From positions 108,376,001 through 108,440,000 of the forward strand of contig OX597817.1 of NCBI GenBank assembly GCA_951406725.2: 64,000 nucleotides of DNA. Direction: 5' to 3'. This DNA comes from Octopus vulgaris (lineage: Eukaryota). Below are positions 17,390-29,808 of this stretch, in pieces. Position numbers and translations under genes: made by a program. Position 1 is the stretch's first letter; the number at the start of each line of letters is the position of its first letter. The notes beneath the pieces are model-generated. The model was not told where the DNA came from and ran no database searches. It saw nothing but the letters and a program-made list of their open reading frames with translations.

Positions 17390-17390
<1 letters not shown>
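15113..17390 (-). mobile_element. R4/Dong element, same family as 12717-14635, RT internally deleted
   Basis: 15113-16590 is near-identical to 12717-14135; 16600-17015 encodes a Dong N-terminal motif (KWTREEY...NKLANVRR) also seen in ORF 19735-21516. Confidence 0.88.
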
Positions 17391-17429
<39 letters not shown>

Positions 17430-17432
<3 letters not shown>

Positions 17433-20400
17433 CATTATTATTATTATTCTATGTTTGACTTTTGCTTTATATTTGTACAAGTTGGCTCCAAGTCTCACCC
17501 AGAGACCTCAAGAGACAACAGGGTTGGAAGTTCATGTTGTTGTTATGCCTAGTGTGCCATATATTTGGGGGTGGGGATGTTGTACTAATGAATGTCTAAA
17601 AAAAAAAAGGGTTTTTTTTTGTTTTTTTTTTAAACCGAAAATTATGTTTGTTTTAAACCTTGAGATTACATAGAGAGTATTTTGCGTAGGATATGAGCAG
17701 TTCCCATGAGCACTATCTTTTGAACTTCTGCCATTTTTGGGTTTCCTGGTATCTGAGTTAGGTAGCTATCAGCCCCTTTTGCTATCATTCCCAGGGCACC
17801 TATGACAACAGGTATTGTTTTAGTCTTCAGCTTCCACATTTTGCTGATTTCTATTTCAAGATCTTTATATTTGCTCAGTTTTTGGTAGGTCTTGACAGAT
17901 ACGTTTATATCGATTGGGACAGTCATATCAATGAGGAGGCATGTTCTTTGTTTGAAGTTTTTCAATATGATGTCTGGCCTATTTGCATCTATCTTCCTGT
18001 CAGTTTGAATGGTGAAGTTCCAGAGGAGTGAGATGTGGTCATTTTCAAGCACTGGGGGTGGTTTGTGTTCCCACCAGTTTTTTTCATGGGGCAAATCCAG
18101 GTTTTTACAGATTACCCAGTGAATATATTGTGCAGCTCTATCGTGCCTGTTGAGATACTCTGTAGGCGCTAGAAGACTGCACTTGGAGACCACATGGTCA
18201 ATGGTTTCATTTTGTTGCTTGCATACACGACACGTTGGACTGCTTCTGATCTTTAATATGTTGGCCTGGTAGTTTCTTGTTGGTAGGCATTGATCTTGAG
18301 CTGCTATGATAAACCCCTCTGTTTCAGATTTTAAGCCAGAGGCCATTAGCCATTGATGGGTCAGGGCTTTGTCGATATCTGCATTATTCGCTCTCTTTGG
18401 GTATTTGCCATAGAGAGGTTTTTCTTGCCATTTATTATTCAGAATATCTAAGGCCGCAGTTTTGGCACGGGTTTTCATGCGCCTAGCTTTTTCTGTGCTT
18501 GTTTCTTGTATATCTATCTCTAATTCCGAAATTGGTTGTATTCGGAGTTCACTTAGATATTCCTTTGCCTGTTTTGTGACTGAGTATGATGCTTTCTTGT
18601 TTTCATGTTTTGAGACAAGTTTTAGCATCCAGTCCTCAGAGTTTTTCAGGTAGGTGTCTAGGCCAATTGTAGCAATCTTCATTGTTATTGCCAGTTGCAA
18701 AAGACCACGGCCTCCCTCTTTTCTTGGCAGATAGAGTCGTTCTGTATCTGCCTTAGGGTGGTGCATTCTATGCATTGTCAACAGTTTCCTTATTTTTCTG
18801 TCGAGCTGACATATTTCAGTAATTGACCAGTTAACAATATTGAAACTGTAAGTCACGACTGGTATAGCTAATGCATTGATTGCTTCGATCCTGTTTCTTG
18901 CATTCAGCTCTGTCTTGAGTATTGCTCTCACTCTTCGATAGCATTCTCTCCTGATCCTTTCCTTCATCTCTGAATGCCTTATTCCGTTCCCTTCAATTAT
19001 CCCTAGGTACTTGTAGCTCTCCGCTGGGTCTAGTTCTTTTATGACATTCTGTTGGTCAAGGTTAACGTTAGATGTTTCTGTCATTTTTCCTTTGATAAAG
19101 GTAGCCTTTGCACATTTATCGAGGCCGAATTGCATTCTGATGTCGTCACTGAATTGTTTGACTATCGCTAGTAAGCCCTTGAGTTGTTGATCATTTTTTG
19201 CAAAAAGCTTTAAATCATCCATGTAAACGAGATGATTTATATTTTTATCAAACATTTTATACCCGTACTGCGCGTCATTGAGCAGCTTTGAGAGAGGTAT
19301 TAAGGATAAACAAAAGAGGAGTGGTGACAGTGAGTCACCCTGGAAAATGCCACACGAAATTTTTACATCACCAGCATTTAGGGATTCACTGTCACTGTTC
19401 AGAGTTAGTGTGGTTCTCCATGATCTCATACTTACAGTCAAGAAGTTTCGCAGAGTTGGTGCTATCTTATACATTTCAAGGCATTTCCTAATCCAGCTAT
19501 GTGGTAGGCTATCAAAAGCCTTTTTATAGTCTATCCAGGCTATTGATAAGTTTTTGTGTCGTTTGTGACAATCTTCTAAGATCATCTTATTGATGAGTAG
19601 TTGGTCTTTACAGCCGTAGGATCCACGTTTACATCCTTTCTGTTCATTAGGGAATATGCTGCTGTCTGTTAAAAAACTATAGGTATATTCCGTCAGGACA
19701 GATGTTAGTGTTTTGTACATAGTTGTTAAGCAGGTTATGGGTCTATAGTTTTTTGGTTCATTTGTTTCTTCACTTTTTGGAAGCAGGAATTAACTAGCCA
19801 AGGAGGCATCCTACTAGGGTGTTGCAAAACATCATTGTACAGTTCTGTTAGCAGTTCATGGCTCTCTGGGAAGGCATTCAGCCAGAAGTTAGGAATTTTA
19901 TCCTTTCCTGGAGACTTCCATTTGCTTGACCTCCTGAGAGCAGATCTTATATCTTCTACCTTTACACCCTCCCACTTTTGCTCTTCTAAGGGGTCCAGTT
20001 CTGTAGATATTCTGTCAATCCAGGGGGCCTTTTCGTTGTGTGTTTTTTCTTCTGCCCAGATTTTATTCCAAAATCTCTGCACTTCTTCTTTTGATGGTAC
20101 AGACCCTGCAGTAAACGCTGTTTTTCCTATCTTCCTGTAAAAATTCTTGGTGTTATTTTTGAACATGTTGTTGTCCTTGAAAAATCTAACACGCTTTTCA
20201 TACCTCGCTATGCGGGCAGCTTGGGCAGATACCTTTTGTTTGATGGTTTCTATGGTGGCATCAATATCAAGTATAGTTTTCATATTGTATTTTTTCAGTA
20301 ATTTTTGGGTTTTTGTAGGTTTGGTAATCTTGTGAGCCTTAAGGTTTTTCAAATATTCAATGTCAGATCTAAATATTTTAATTTGTTGTTGCAGACGCTC

Positions 20401-21470
20401 TTGCCAAGAAGGCTTTTTGTGGGACTGTTGCCGTTTTCTAATCTTTACACCACATAGGATCGTTGAGATTTTCGCGGATGCATAGTATAGGTGGTTGAGG
20501 TTTGTGATATCAACATCATTAACTGAAATTATATCCTTAAGTGCAAGCCGGATTTTACCAATTATTTTCATGTTTTGGTTAGAGTTGCGGATTTTAGGAA
20601 GTGTATCACGCTCATCCATGCTGGTTTCTTTAATTTTCAGCCATTCAATCATGATTTGATTTTTTAGCTCATGTAGTTCTGTTGGGTCAATATTTGTGTG
20701 ACTTTCTTTATCTATTTGATGCTCATCTGTCTTAGTGTTTATGATTGGTTCAGGGCGTATTTCACTTTGCCTATCACTTATACTAACTCTTTCAATCCTC
20801 TCTTCGTTTTTATCCGCCCTGGGCTGGTCTATAATCATTTCCTCTGTATTATCTTCTCTAGCTGCAGCTTCGTTCATTTTATCCGATATTGCTTGTCTAA
20901 CCTGATCAATCTCTACTTCAGTCAGTAATTTCTTTTTTATAATGTTTCTTCTAACATTGGCAAGCTTGTTACTGTCTATGTAGGGTCTTACTTCAGGGTG
21001 TTTCTGTCTCCAGTTTAAGTATGCTTGTACAGTGCTAGACTTATCTGTGGGGAAATATATGGCATGGTAGAAGGCCTCAAGAACTTCTTTATTATCTTCC
21101 CTAGACCATTTTTCCTTCTTTTTCTTTTGATTATTTGGTGATGAGCATGGATGGCCATCTGTTGGAATATTCCGGTTGTGGGGTTCGTCCAGCTCCTGTG
21201 TGTTGGGAAGATTTGATCCAGTAACTGATTTTTCAATCAGGATTTGGTTCAATTTTCGGGTACGTGGTCTTTTGTAATCCGCGCAATGACCAATGCGGTT
21301 TATTGTTTGATTTGTTGACCTTGAAGCATGACGAGCATCCATTCTTATATTAGGAGATGGATCTGTCAGTTTAGGGTTCACTACATGTAAGCATTGCTCA
21401 TAGCGCCGCTTCTTAAGACTAGCAGATCTATATTCGTCTGTATTTTTTTTGTTGATAGTTTTATCTCCGG
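17430..21470 (-). mobile_element. near full-length R4/Dong non-LTR retrotransposon
   Basis: two long ORFs covering the N-terminal domain, RT and RLE; 3'UTR ends in (AAT)n at 17391-17447; 5' boundary approximate. Confidence 0.93.
17666..19720 (-). CDS. Dong polyprotein C-terminal part: reverse transcriptase, CCHC knuckle, PD-(D/E)xK endonuclease
   Basis: 684 aa open; WIDYKKAFDS, GIFQGDSLSP, YMDD, CRVC..ETIDHVVSKC, RHD, RPDII..LIDMTVP, KLSKY. Confidence 0.9.
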   Translation of the reverse strand: MYKTLTSVLTEYTYSFLTDSSIFPNEQKGCKRGSYGCKDQLLINKMILEDCHKRHKNLSIAWIDYKKAFDSLPHSWIRKCLEMYKIAPTLRNFLTVSMRSWRTTLTLNSDSESLNAGDVKISCGIFQGDSLSPLLFCLSLIPLSKLLNDAQYGYKMFDKNINHLVYMDDLKLFAKNDQQLKGLLAIVKQFSDDIRMQFGLDKCAKATFIKGKMTETSNVNLDQQNVIKELDPAESYKYLGIIEGNGIRHSEMKERIRRECYRRVRAILKTELNARNRIEAINALAIPVVTYSFNIVNWSITEICQLDRKIRKLLTMHRMHHPKADTERLYLPRKEGGRGLLQLAITMKIATIGLDTYLKNSEDWMLKLVSKHENKKASYSVTKQAKEYLSELRIQPISELEIDIQETSTEKARRMKTRAKTAALDILNNKWQEKPLYGKYPKRANNADIDKALTHQWLMASGLKSETEGFIIAAQDQCLPTRNYQANILKIRSSPTCRVCKQQNETIDHVVSKCSLLAPTEYLNRHDRAAQYIHWVICKNLDLPHEKNWWEHKPPPVLENDHISLLWNFTIQTDRKIDANRPDIILKNFKQRTCLLIDMTVPIDINVSVKTYQKLSKYKDLEIEISKMWKLKTKTIPVVIGALGMIAKGADSYLTQIPGNPKMAEVQKIVLMGTAHILRKILSM

Positions 21471-21516
21471 ACATTTTTTTTTTTTTTTTTCCCTTTCCTC
21501 CTCTTCCTTTCTTCAA
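19735..21516 (-). CDS. Dong polyprotein N-terminal part (frameshifted near 19790; true start uncertain)
   Basis: 593 aa open; KWSREDNKEV, NKLANVRR and WKSPGKDKIPNFWL (RT domain 0). Confidence 0.75.
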   Translation of the reverse strand: MKKGRGGKGKKKKKMSGDKTINKKNTDEYRSASLKKRRYEQCLHVVNPKLTDPSPNIRMDARHASRSTNQTINRIGHCADYKRPRTRKLNQILIEKSVTGSNLPNTQELDEPHNRNIPTDGHPCSSPNNQKKKKEKWSREDNKEVLEAFYHAIYFPTDKSSTVQAYLNWRQKHPEVRPYIDSNKLANVRRNIIKKKLLTEVEIDQVRQAISDKMNEAAAREDNTEEMIIDQPRADKNEERIERVSISDRQSEIRPEPIINTKTDEHQIDKESHTNIDPTELHELKNQIMIEWLKIKETSMDERDTLPKIRNSNQNMKIIGKIRLALKDIISVNDVDITNLNHLYYASAKISTILCGVKIRKRQQSHKKPSWQERLQQQIKIFRSDIEYLKNLKAHKITKPTKTQKLLKKYNMKTILDIDATIETIKQKVSAQAARIARYEKRVRFFKDNNMFKNNTKNFYRKIGKTAFTAGSVPSKEEVQRFWNKIWAEEKTHNEKAPWIDRISTELDPLEEQKWEGVKVEDIRSALRRSSKWKSPGKDKIPNFWLNAFPESHELLTELYNDVLQHPSRMPPWLVNSCFQKVKKQMNQKTIDP

Positions 21517-22352
21517 GGCTTACTGTGTCTGTATTAGTTCGAAATAATGAGAATAAAATACGGAGAAGGAAACGAAAAGAAAGGGAAAAAGACGGGATCT
21601 GTCAGTTATTATTGTTATTACTATCATCTTCACCACCATCACCATCATCAGCAACATCACCATCACCATCATCATCTTCAATGACATTGTTTTATGTGTA
21701 GCCACAGCCACCATTAACACTCCATTGTGTTGGAGAATGGGTGGTTAAAGAATTCATGTTCTTTGGGTCTATAAATAGCCACGGTAGATGGTGGAGACAA
21801 AGGACGTTAATGGTCAGTAAAAGGTCAAACCTGTTTACGTTTATTTATTTATTTATTTATTTTTTTCCTTTCTCTTTTCTTCTTCACCACATGCATATGT
21901 ATATGTATATATATGTGTATTCACTCACACATATTATCTGATGTTTTCGTCGAAGATTTTTTTTTTCTTTTTTTAAATAACTTTCTGAGTTCAATGTTAT
22001 GTATATATTTTTAAATTTCTGAATTCAGTTGTATGTATATAGTAGTAGGTGCTTAATTCCATAACTTTTTATCGTGCATTTAATTGTGTTGTTACAAGGT
22101 AATTTAAAAGGCAATTTTACACATTCTTATAGTCATGAGAGACGACTAAATGTAAATGTTCACACAGAATTGGAGATATTTATGTTTCTAATTTTTCTTG
22201 TTAGGTGTACGTTTGTATGAGCTGTAGATATGTAAGTTTTTTTTTTTACTTATTTTGAGGGTAATTCAAATTACTTACAGTAAACAGTAGATCTTCCAGT
22301 TTTCTACAGTTGACCTGCTGGGTTCGCTGTTGCCAGTTCAGAGCATCGTAAA

Positions 22353-22744
<392 letters not shown>

Positions 22745-23278
22745 GAGTGAGAAAGCAGTGCATGCCATCAAAGTGACACTGGGGTAAAATATGCGAAGGC
22801 CAGTATACCCATCATGACTACCCGTCTGATAAGGGTACACCAAGCACATGCATCACAACCATATGTGTGCGTCATGGTGATCTCAAAACAAGATAAACAG
22901 CGCATGACCTTGCAGGTGGGGGCCCAGTTAGAATTTTTTTCTGGTCGGGTAACCCATCCCACTCAAAAGGTCCCTGATTAAGGGTTGTTTAAGGATGTTT
23001 CCAGAGGTGAATTATTCGAACCCCAATGAATCTCTCTCAACACTTGGCTATGATGCTCCCCCACTACTTCTGCTCATGATTAGAGATGCACATATCGTCA
23101 GCCACTGAGGGACATGCTCAACTGGTTAAGGTCAAACAACTGACAAGTAAATCTGTGGTATCGAGCAGAATATTTGTAGCCCATCTTTTATACCAAGACA
23201 AACCAATGTACATGATAACACTTCCAGTCAGTTAAGATCAGAAGCCATGAGAGCCGCTGCTTGGTACTGCATCAGGGC

Positions 23279-23281
<3 letters not shown>
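22745..23281. mobile_element. unclassified ~535-bp non-coding interspersed repeat embedded in (ATT)n
   Basis: its terminal ~105 bp recurs at 12431-12537 and 14864-14971, each next to ATT/ATC tracts. Confidence 0.7.
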
Positions 23282-23366
<85 letters not shown>

Positions 23367-23443
23367 CTTCCGGTTGGAAAGCTAGGACGTCGGTGGAAGC
23401 TTGACAGGTATTTTTGTTATCAAAACTACTGTTTTTGTTGATA

Positions 23444-23834
23444 TCTTTCTATATAAAAGAGAAGTTGTGTGTCTGTCTCCTACGATTTAGATTCCTAACT
23501 ACTCCCACATTTTGTGGTGCAGTGTAACCAAAAGCGGGTATCTTATAGTCATGATTCATATCGAGCCCTTCTGGGTATTAGCGCGCGTCTACGATGAGTC
23601 TACGATTTTAAAAATAATTTACCATAATTTTTTTCCAATTTAATACATTTTTTTGCTAAGGGAAATAACTCTCTAAAAATGTCTACGATGAGTCAACGAT
23701 TAAAAAAAAAATTTACCATAATTTTTTTTCCATTTTTAATGCATTTTTTTGCTATTTTTTTGCTATAACTCTCTAAAAATACTTATATAGTTATTTCCCT
23801 TACAAACCCGAGCAACGCCGGGCGATACTGCTAG
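23444..23834 (+). mobile_element. non-autonomous Helitron
   Basis: A|TC start, subterminal hairpin CCCGAGCAACGCCGGG, CTAG|T end, no TSD. Confidence 0.85.
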
Positions 23835-23889
23835 TTATTGTTTAAAAGAGAACATAAGACAATAGTCTTTGTCCCCAGAAAAAAGAACT

Positions 23890-26455
23890 AAATAATATTT
23901 GGGCTTTGTGCACAAATATTAGTATTTGTGAAATGATTACACGTTAGCAAGTGAAAAATGGCGTGGAGGGGTGTAACCATTTTGTGATAACAGGAAAAGT
24001 CACGAAACTGCAATTTTACTGACTCAGGTAACAATTTCGAGGACAAAATTGATAACGAATCAAAAAGCACCACACACTCTTTGGACAATGATAAAATTAA
24101 CCGTAAAGAGCAAATTACTAATACGACAGAGAAAAGCAACACAATAGTGGCCACACAATCACTCGATAGTCGTATAGGCAACTGTCGACTCTCCAAACAG
24201 AAATAAACACAGTAAATAACCACTCTCACAACACGGAACAGAGAAGCTTATCATAAAACAATAACAGAACGAATAACGACAACAAAAACATGGACGAGAA
24301 CACAACCAATACCAACGTCAAAACCAGCTGCAGAGAAGCGGATGTATTTGAAAGAAACAATAACAGTAACAACGCGAACGATTCCACCACTCCTATCGAC
24401 TGTGAGAGCGGAACAAGTACTTTCGCAGCAACAGCTGCGAAATGTCAACAAAAGTACTATGAAATAGACATCTCCAACAAAAAAGAGATGTTAGCCCTAG
24501 CCCACAAACTCATAAAAAGAGAAAAAGCCTGAGCAAACCTTGCAATCTCAGCCAAAGTGGAGGTAGAAATTGAGAAGAGGACAGTAAAATATAAGTGCGT
24601 CTCGGTGTAGTCTCGGAGAGCAGAACAGCCCTCCCACCTTCGTGATGCGCAGACTTGCGTTATCTCCAACAGATCTATCCACGACAATCTCCACCTCACG
24701 CGATACATCATAGAGAGTGTTGGTAAAGAACCTAGCATGGGTGGGGCCCTAATCAATTTGGATCAATCGAAGGATTTTGATAGGGTCGACCATCAATACT
24801 TGAAGGCTGTCCCTAAGGCAATTGGTTTCGGTCACGTTTTCAGAGGCTGGATCGCTGCACTGTACAGCGACATCTCTTCGGTGGTCAAAGCAAATGACCA
24901 CCTTCCAGAATCGTTTAGCATCACACGTCCGGTCCGTCAAGGTTGCCCACTCTCACCCTTTCTCTACGTACTGGCACTCAAGCCATTACTGCAGAAGATG
25001 GATGTTTCGAGGGGCATCCCGCGTGAAATAGGATGCAGAAGGTTCGTGTCGGTATATGCTGACGACAACACCGTGATAGTGTCGGACGTCCCAGAAATCG
25101 AGATGGTCGGCATACCCTAAGGGAATATGAAGCGCTGAAAGGAGCAATGATTAACCAGGGAAAGTCAGGGGACCTGCAGCTCGGCACCTAGAGAGGCAGG
25201 CCTTTGCCGACCGACAGCTTGTAGGGTGCTGGACTGAAGGACCGGTTAAGTTACTCGGGGTCTGTTTCGGTCCGGACCTCCAAGTGGACAAGAACTGGGG
25301 TGAGGTGACAGACAGGGTTGCCAGTATCACCCAGAAATGGGCTGAGAGGAAGCTGTCTCTGAAAGATCGGGTGGAGGTGGCGAATGCGTACATCGCATCC
25401 GTCATATACTACCGCCTGACTGTCGTCCTTTGTTCCGTTTCGTGGCTGAACGGGCTGATGAGCTTGCTCTTCTGCTTCCTGTGGAAGGGACAGGTACCGC
25501 TTGTCAGAAGGTTCATTTGTTGTCAGCACCCGTTGCGTGAAAGACTGGGCATGCCGTAGCTGATGATGTGCGGACATGCGCTGAGGTTGCGACATCTCCA
25601 GCAATACCTTAATGGTGAGCAGTTGTAGTCGCCGTTTGTTGGATGCGCTTTTCCGCAGTTCATCTGATTGACGGAGCGACAATCTTGGATAAGGTGTAGA
25701 CCGAGGGAGGGCACTTGGCACATAGAGTGTCTCCAAGCGCTCACAGGCCTCGGCCAGTGGGGAAATGCGGTCGGTGGAAGTTCCACCTTGGAGTTCTTTT
25801 GGGGATTAGTGGAGGGCTAGAATGACGATGTTCTCGGAGAGGTTCTGGGTGTCGAGGGGGATCAACTGGCTGGTCTCTTCCGGTGGGCTTTCTGACTGAG
25901 GCCTATAGACAACTTCCAGAAGTCACTGGCCTCGCAGTGCTACCGAGAGGCTTTGCCGGTTCACAATAAGCTCTTCAGGCATGGGTGTGCAGTCAGACGG
26001 GCTTGTCCGAGATGCACGCAGGGTGATGAAACCGTTCTGCATGCTCTCGTACAGTGTCCACGCATTGCTGACTTGTGGAGCTTCATCGAATAGTTATTAT
26101 GTGTAGGACGGATCGGTCTATCGTCCGAGTCCATCGTGAAGATTGCCCCGCCTCCTTCCTTTGGCCGGGAAGGACAGGCAGTTTTTTTTGTCTGGTGGAC
26201 ATGATTGAAAGGGATGAAGACAGGTACCGTCCTCTTCGGCCAAGGCTTCATTGACTTTTTCAGGTTTCACCTGAAAAGGAAAGTGAGGCTGGAGAGGGAG
26301 GTGCTGTCACCCAGTAAGTTTGTTGAAAAGTGGGTAAATGTGGCAAGAATGGCTCGTGTAAATGGACTTACTCTAAGTGTGCGCCTATAGGACGGATGGA
26401 ATGAAGACGAGAAGGATGCCTACCTGAAGTGCCTTTGGTGCTAGGGGACCCAAAG
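23890..26455 (+). mobile_element. Tx1/L1-clade LINE, decayed, ORF1 joined to RT by an internal deletion
   Basis: LDQSKDFDRVDH, RQGCPLSP, VSVYADD, LSLKDRVEVAN and the CPRC..ETVLHALVQC zinc finger; ORF1-like segment 24290-24620; 5' boundary approximate. Confidence 0.88.
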
Positions 26456-26457
26456 GG

Positions 26458-26670
26458 TGAATAGATCTTTATATTTTCTAAGTTTATCAAATTCTTTTGC
26501 GGATATATTATGGTCACAGGGTATGCTCATACCAATTAATAAACAGACTTTATTGCCTTTGTCTTTCACAACAATATCTGGTGTATTTGCCTTGATGGTC
26601 ATGTCTTGATTTGTACTCTACAGGTGCTAAAACCTTACATCCAGAAATTAGGTGGTCGACTGTTTCTATC
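26458..26670 (-). mobile_element. R4/Dong RLE fragment (family of 55084-58010)
   Basis: colinear with 55448-55800 apart from an internal deletion. Confidence 0.75.
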
Positions 26671-28270
26671 TCATCGCTGCAGTATCAGCACTTTGGGTTT
26701 ATACTGTTTTTCATCACATTGGCTTGATAGTTCCTAATGGTGGAGTCGACAATAGTGGCAGAGACAACAACCGTCTCTGCATCTTCTACAATACAGGGCT
26801 CAATACTAATAATTTTAATGTAGTACAAATTTGTCTAACGAAACAAAAAGGAAAACTACAACAATACACCAAACCGCTTGTTCTATGGTTAATCTGGAAG
26901 TGCGGCCCTCCAGGAGAGAATCATACAGCTATGCCTGAGAATAATAAAAATATATTAATGGTTCCTAATTGAGGTACAAGGCTTGCAACTTTTGAGGGAA
27001 GGGGTTTTATTCGATATCTTCAACCTCAATTATTAGCTTCTTTTCTTGATTTCAAAAGGTAAAGAGACAGAACAAATGTCACTCTAACCCTAACTCAATA
27101 ATAGCCTTTGTTCGTTCTGTTGCGTAACAGATGTTGGTTTCATCCTTAGAAAGCAAGACTCACCAGTATAAACGAACTTCCTCGGTGAAACACATTTCAA
27201 TTTTGCTCAGCATGTCCCGCGGGGTGGATGAAAGTATTGCAGAAATAGCAAAATATTTCTCAAATCCCACCCTCTTAAGAAGGACACATCGTATAATGTA
27301 TTTCTAGATGCATTGTATCTGAATATATCGTCATAACTTTTAATAGATGTATGAGGGATCAAAGTTGACCGGATGATTAATTACAACAACAGCATGAACT
27401 TTACTAGATGGTTTCTTCTGATTCTCTTTTAAAGTTCATTTTAATATTTTTCACGACTGATCACTTTCCAAGAATCTGAAAGAAATTACTGGAAAACTAA
27501 AAACGAAACTCAATTTTAACAGAATGTCCAGCTACTAGAACCCAGATATATCTGCCTATTCCATCCGTCACTGTGGACTTCAACTCTGACTGTTTTTAAA
27601 CTATAATTTATAAAATAGATTTTATTTTATAGAACAACAACAAAATATAATCGAGCAGCATTTCCCCAAAATGTTTAGTTTAAAATAATATTTAAGTTGT
27701 TTACAATTATCACTCTCTGCGAAGAGAGTGTTGTGTTTTATATCACGCGTCACAGCGGTATTTAAGTAAAGCTGTAGTGCCAGACAAGTCTGCAAGTTGT
27801 TAATTTCATGGTTATTTCTTAATTTTTCCTTTGTTGTATTTTTCTACGACGACGAATATTTGTTGACAATTCAGGATGAAAATTATCTCCTTATTCTTTT
27901 TAGAACTTCCTCTGACTAACTAATAGAACGTTTGTGGTAATTTTATGTTAGCTACAAACATCTCAGAAGACTATACATTGTTCTCCGTTTTTTAAGCGGA
28001 AGACGAGAATTTCTCCAGTAGCTTACATATATCCGGCTACTCTCGATAGTAGGTTGTTATTACAAGAGATACACATAAATAACAGAGCCACATGAAATGA
28101 TAACGATCGAGAGATCGAAATAGCTATAGCACTGTATATGTGTTCCATGACAAGCTCTAGTACGAAACCATATCTCATAACCTATATTTCTTGCATCAAT
28201 AATCCTAAACAATTGCAATGGCAACCAGTGAAGACAGAATTCCTGGCAGAGCTGTTGTCTTTAATCATAA

Positions 28271-28638
28271 CTAGCAGTATCGCCCGGCGTTGCTCGGGTT
28301 TGTTTCGACCCTTTAGACTTGGAACTTTTGAAAAGTAAAAATTTTGCATTATGTAGCTTGTTATTCTCTTTAAGTGAACATTTTTCTGGTTGAAAAACAC
28401 CGAAAAATGGCGACAGAGCAGTAAAAAAATCGTAAAAAATGGGTATTTTCATAGAAAAAAAAAGCACCTTTTTGATGTAAATAATTTTTGGTGTTAACAT
28501 GGTCCGATTTGAATTTTTTTCTTCTACGGAAGGAAGAGCAAGCCTTCCTTGCACCGCAGGGTCTCGGAGGAGAGAGTGTTAGTTGAAGGCTACCAATCCT
28601 GCCATACACAGACAACTTCAGCTTTATATATAGAGAGA
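28271..28638 (-). mobile_element. non-autonomous Helitron
   Basis: minus strand reads A|TCTCTCTATATATAAAG ... CCCGAGCAACGCCGGGCGATACTGCTAG|T; 3' end identical to 23444-23834. Confidence 0.85.
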
Positions 28639-29216
28639 TGTCATTTTTAAGCGTGATACTTTTTGAGGGGAATTAAAAACTATATTTCCTCGCGTTAGTA
28701 TTCCCTAGCTTCCACAATGCTATACATTGAGGTAGAATCAGCGTTAGACTTGTTGTCTTAAGTCACAATTTCATATGAAATGTGCTATTTAGCATGGTGA
28801 TACCAAATTTTTGTGTGATATAATGTTCTGATCCGGTGTAAATTTTTTCTTCGGTTTTTGCAATCAGCGGCATCTGGTCATTGAAAGAATAAGCTGGTAA
28901 AAACGGAAGAAATATGGAAGGCTGCATCTGTTAAAACCGGATCACTAATAATCCGGTATATGCTTCAGTATCATGTATAATTTTTCATACACACACCCAC
29001 TCATACATACATGCATGTATAAATATATACATGCATATGTACATACATACACACATAGTTACACTACCATTTAATCACGTTTATAGAGATTCATGCGTGG
29101 AAACATGCATACTCATACTCAAACACATACACATAAATACGCATACTCACACAGACACAGGTATGTATTCACATTTACACAAATGCACATACATAAGCAC
29201 TGTGAAGCAGTCTCTC

Positions 29217-29255
<39 letters not shown>

Positions 29256-29671
29256 AAAAAGAAGGAAGCTACAGAGTAGATATTGAAAGAAGAAAATTGA
29301 GCGGCAACAATAAAATGCCCCCAAGAAAACAAGGGAAGTTAAAAGTATCAAAGACTAGATGATAAGTCATCTGTATAAAGTGTAAGTGATGAAAAGATGA
29401 AGAGAAAAAGAAAGAAAATAAAAAGAAAACGAAAGAAAATCCTTTAGTGTGATTCTTTAAGGATAAGTTCCATGATTAGAAATCGTTGAAAGATCACTAG
29501 TTTTCTAGTTGTTTAATGGACCTCTGCTGAAGACAAGAAGGCACCGGAATTTTTTTGTTGGTATGTCAAGCTGGTCTCTTATGGACGCTTTAGTTTATGT
29601 GACTCGGCATTTTTGAAATATCTTCAAAATAAAATTACTTTATACCTACTCCTACCTCGCACAAACTAACA

Positions 29672-29705
<34 letters not shown>

Positions 29706-29706
29706 G

Positions 29707-29766
<60 letters not shown>

Positions 29767-29772
29767 ATGATT

Positions 29773-29806
<34 letters not shown>
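29672..29806. repeat. compound (CTA)n(CTG)n(GAT)n microsatellite
   Basis: direct reading. Confidence 0.9.
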
Positions 29807-29808
<2 letters not shown>

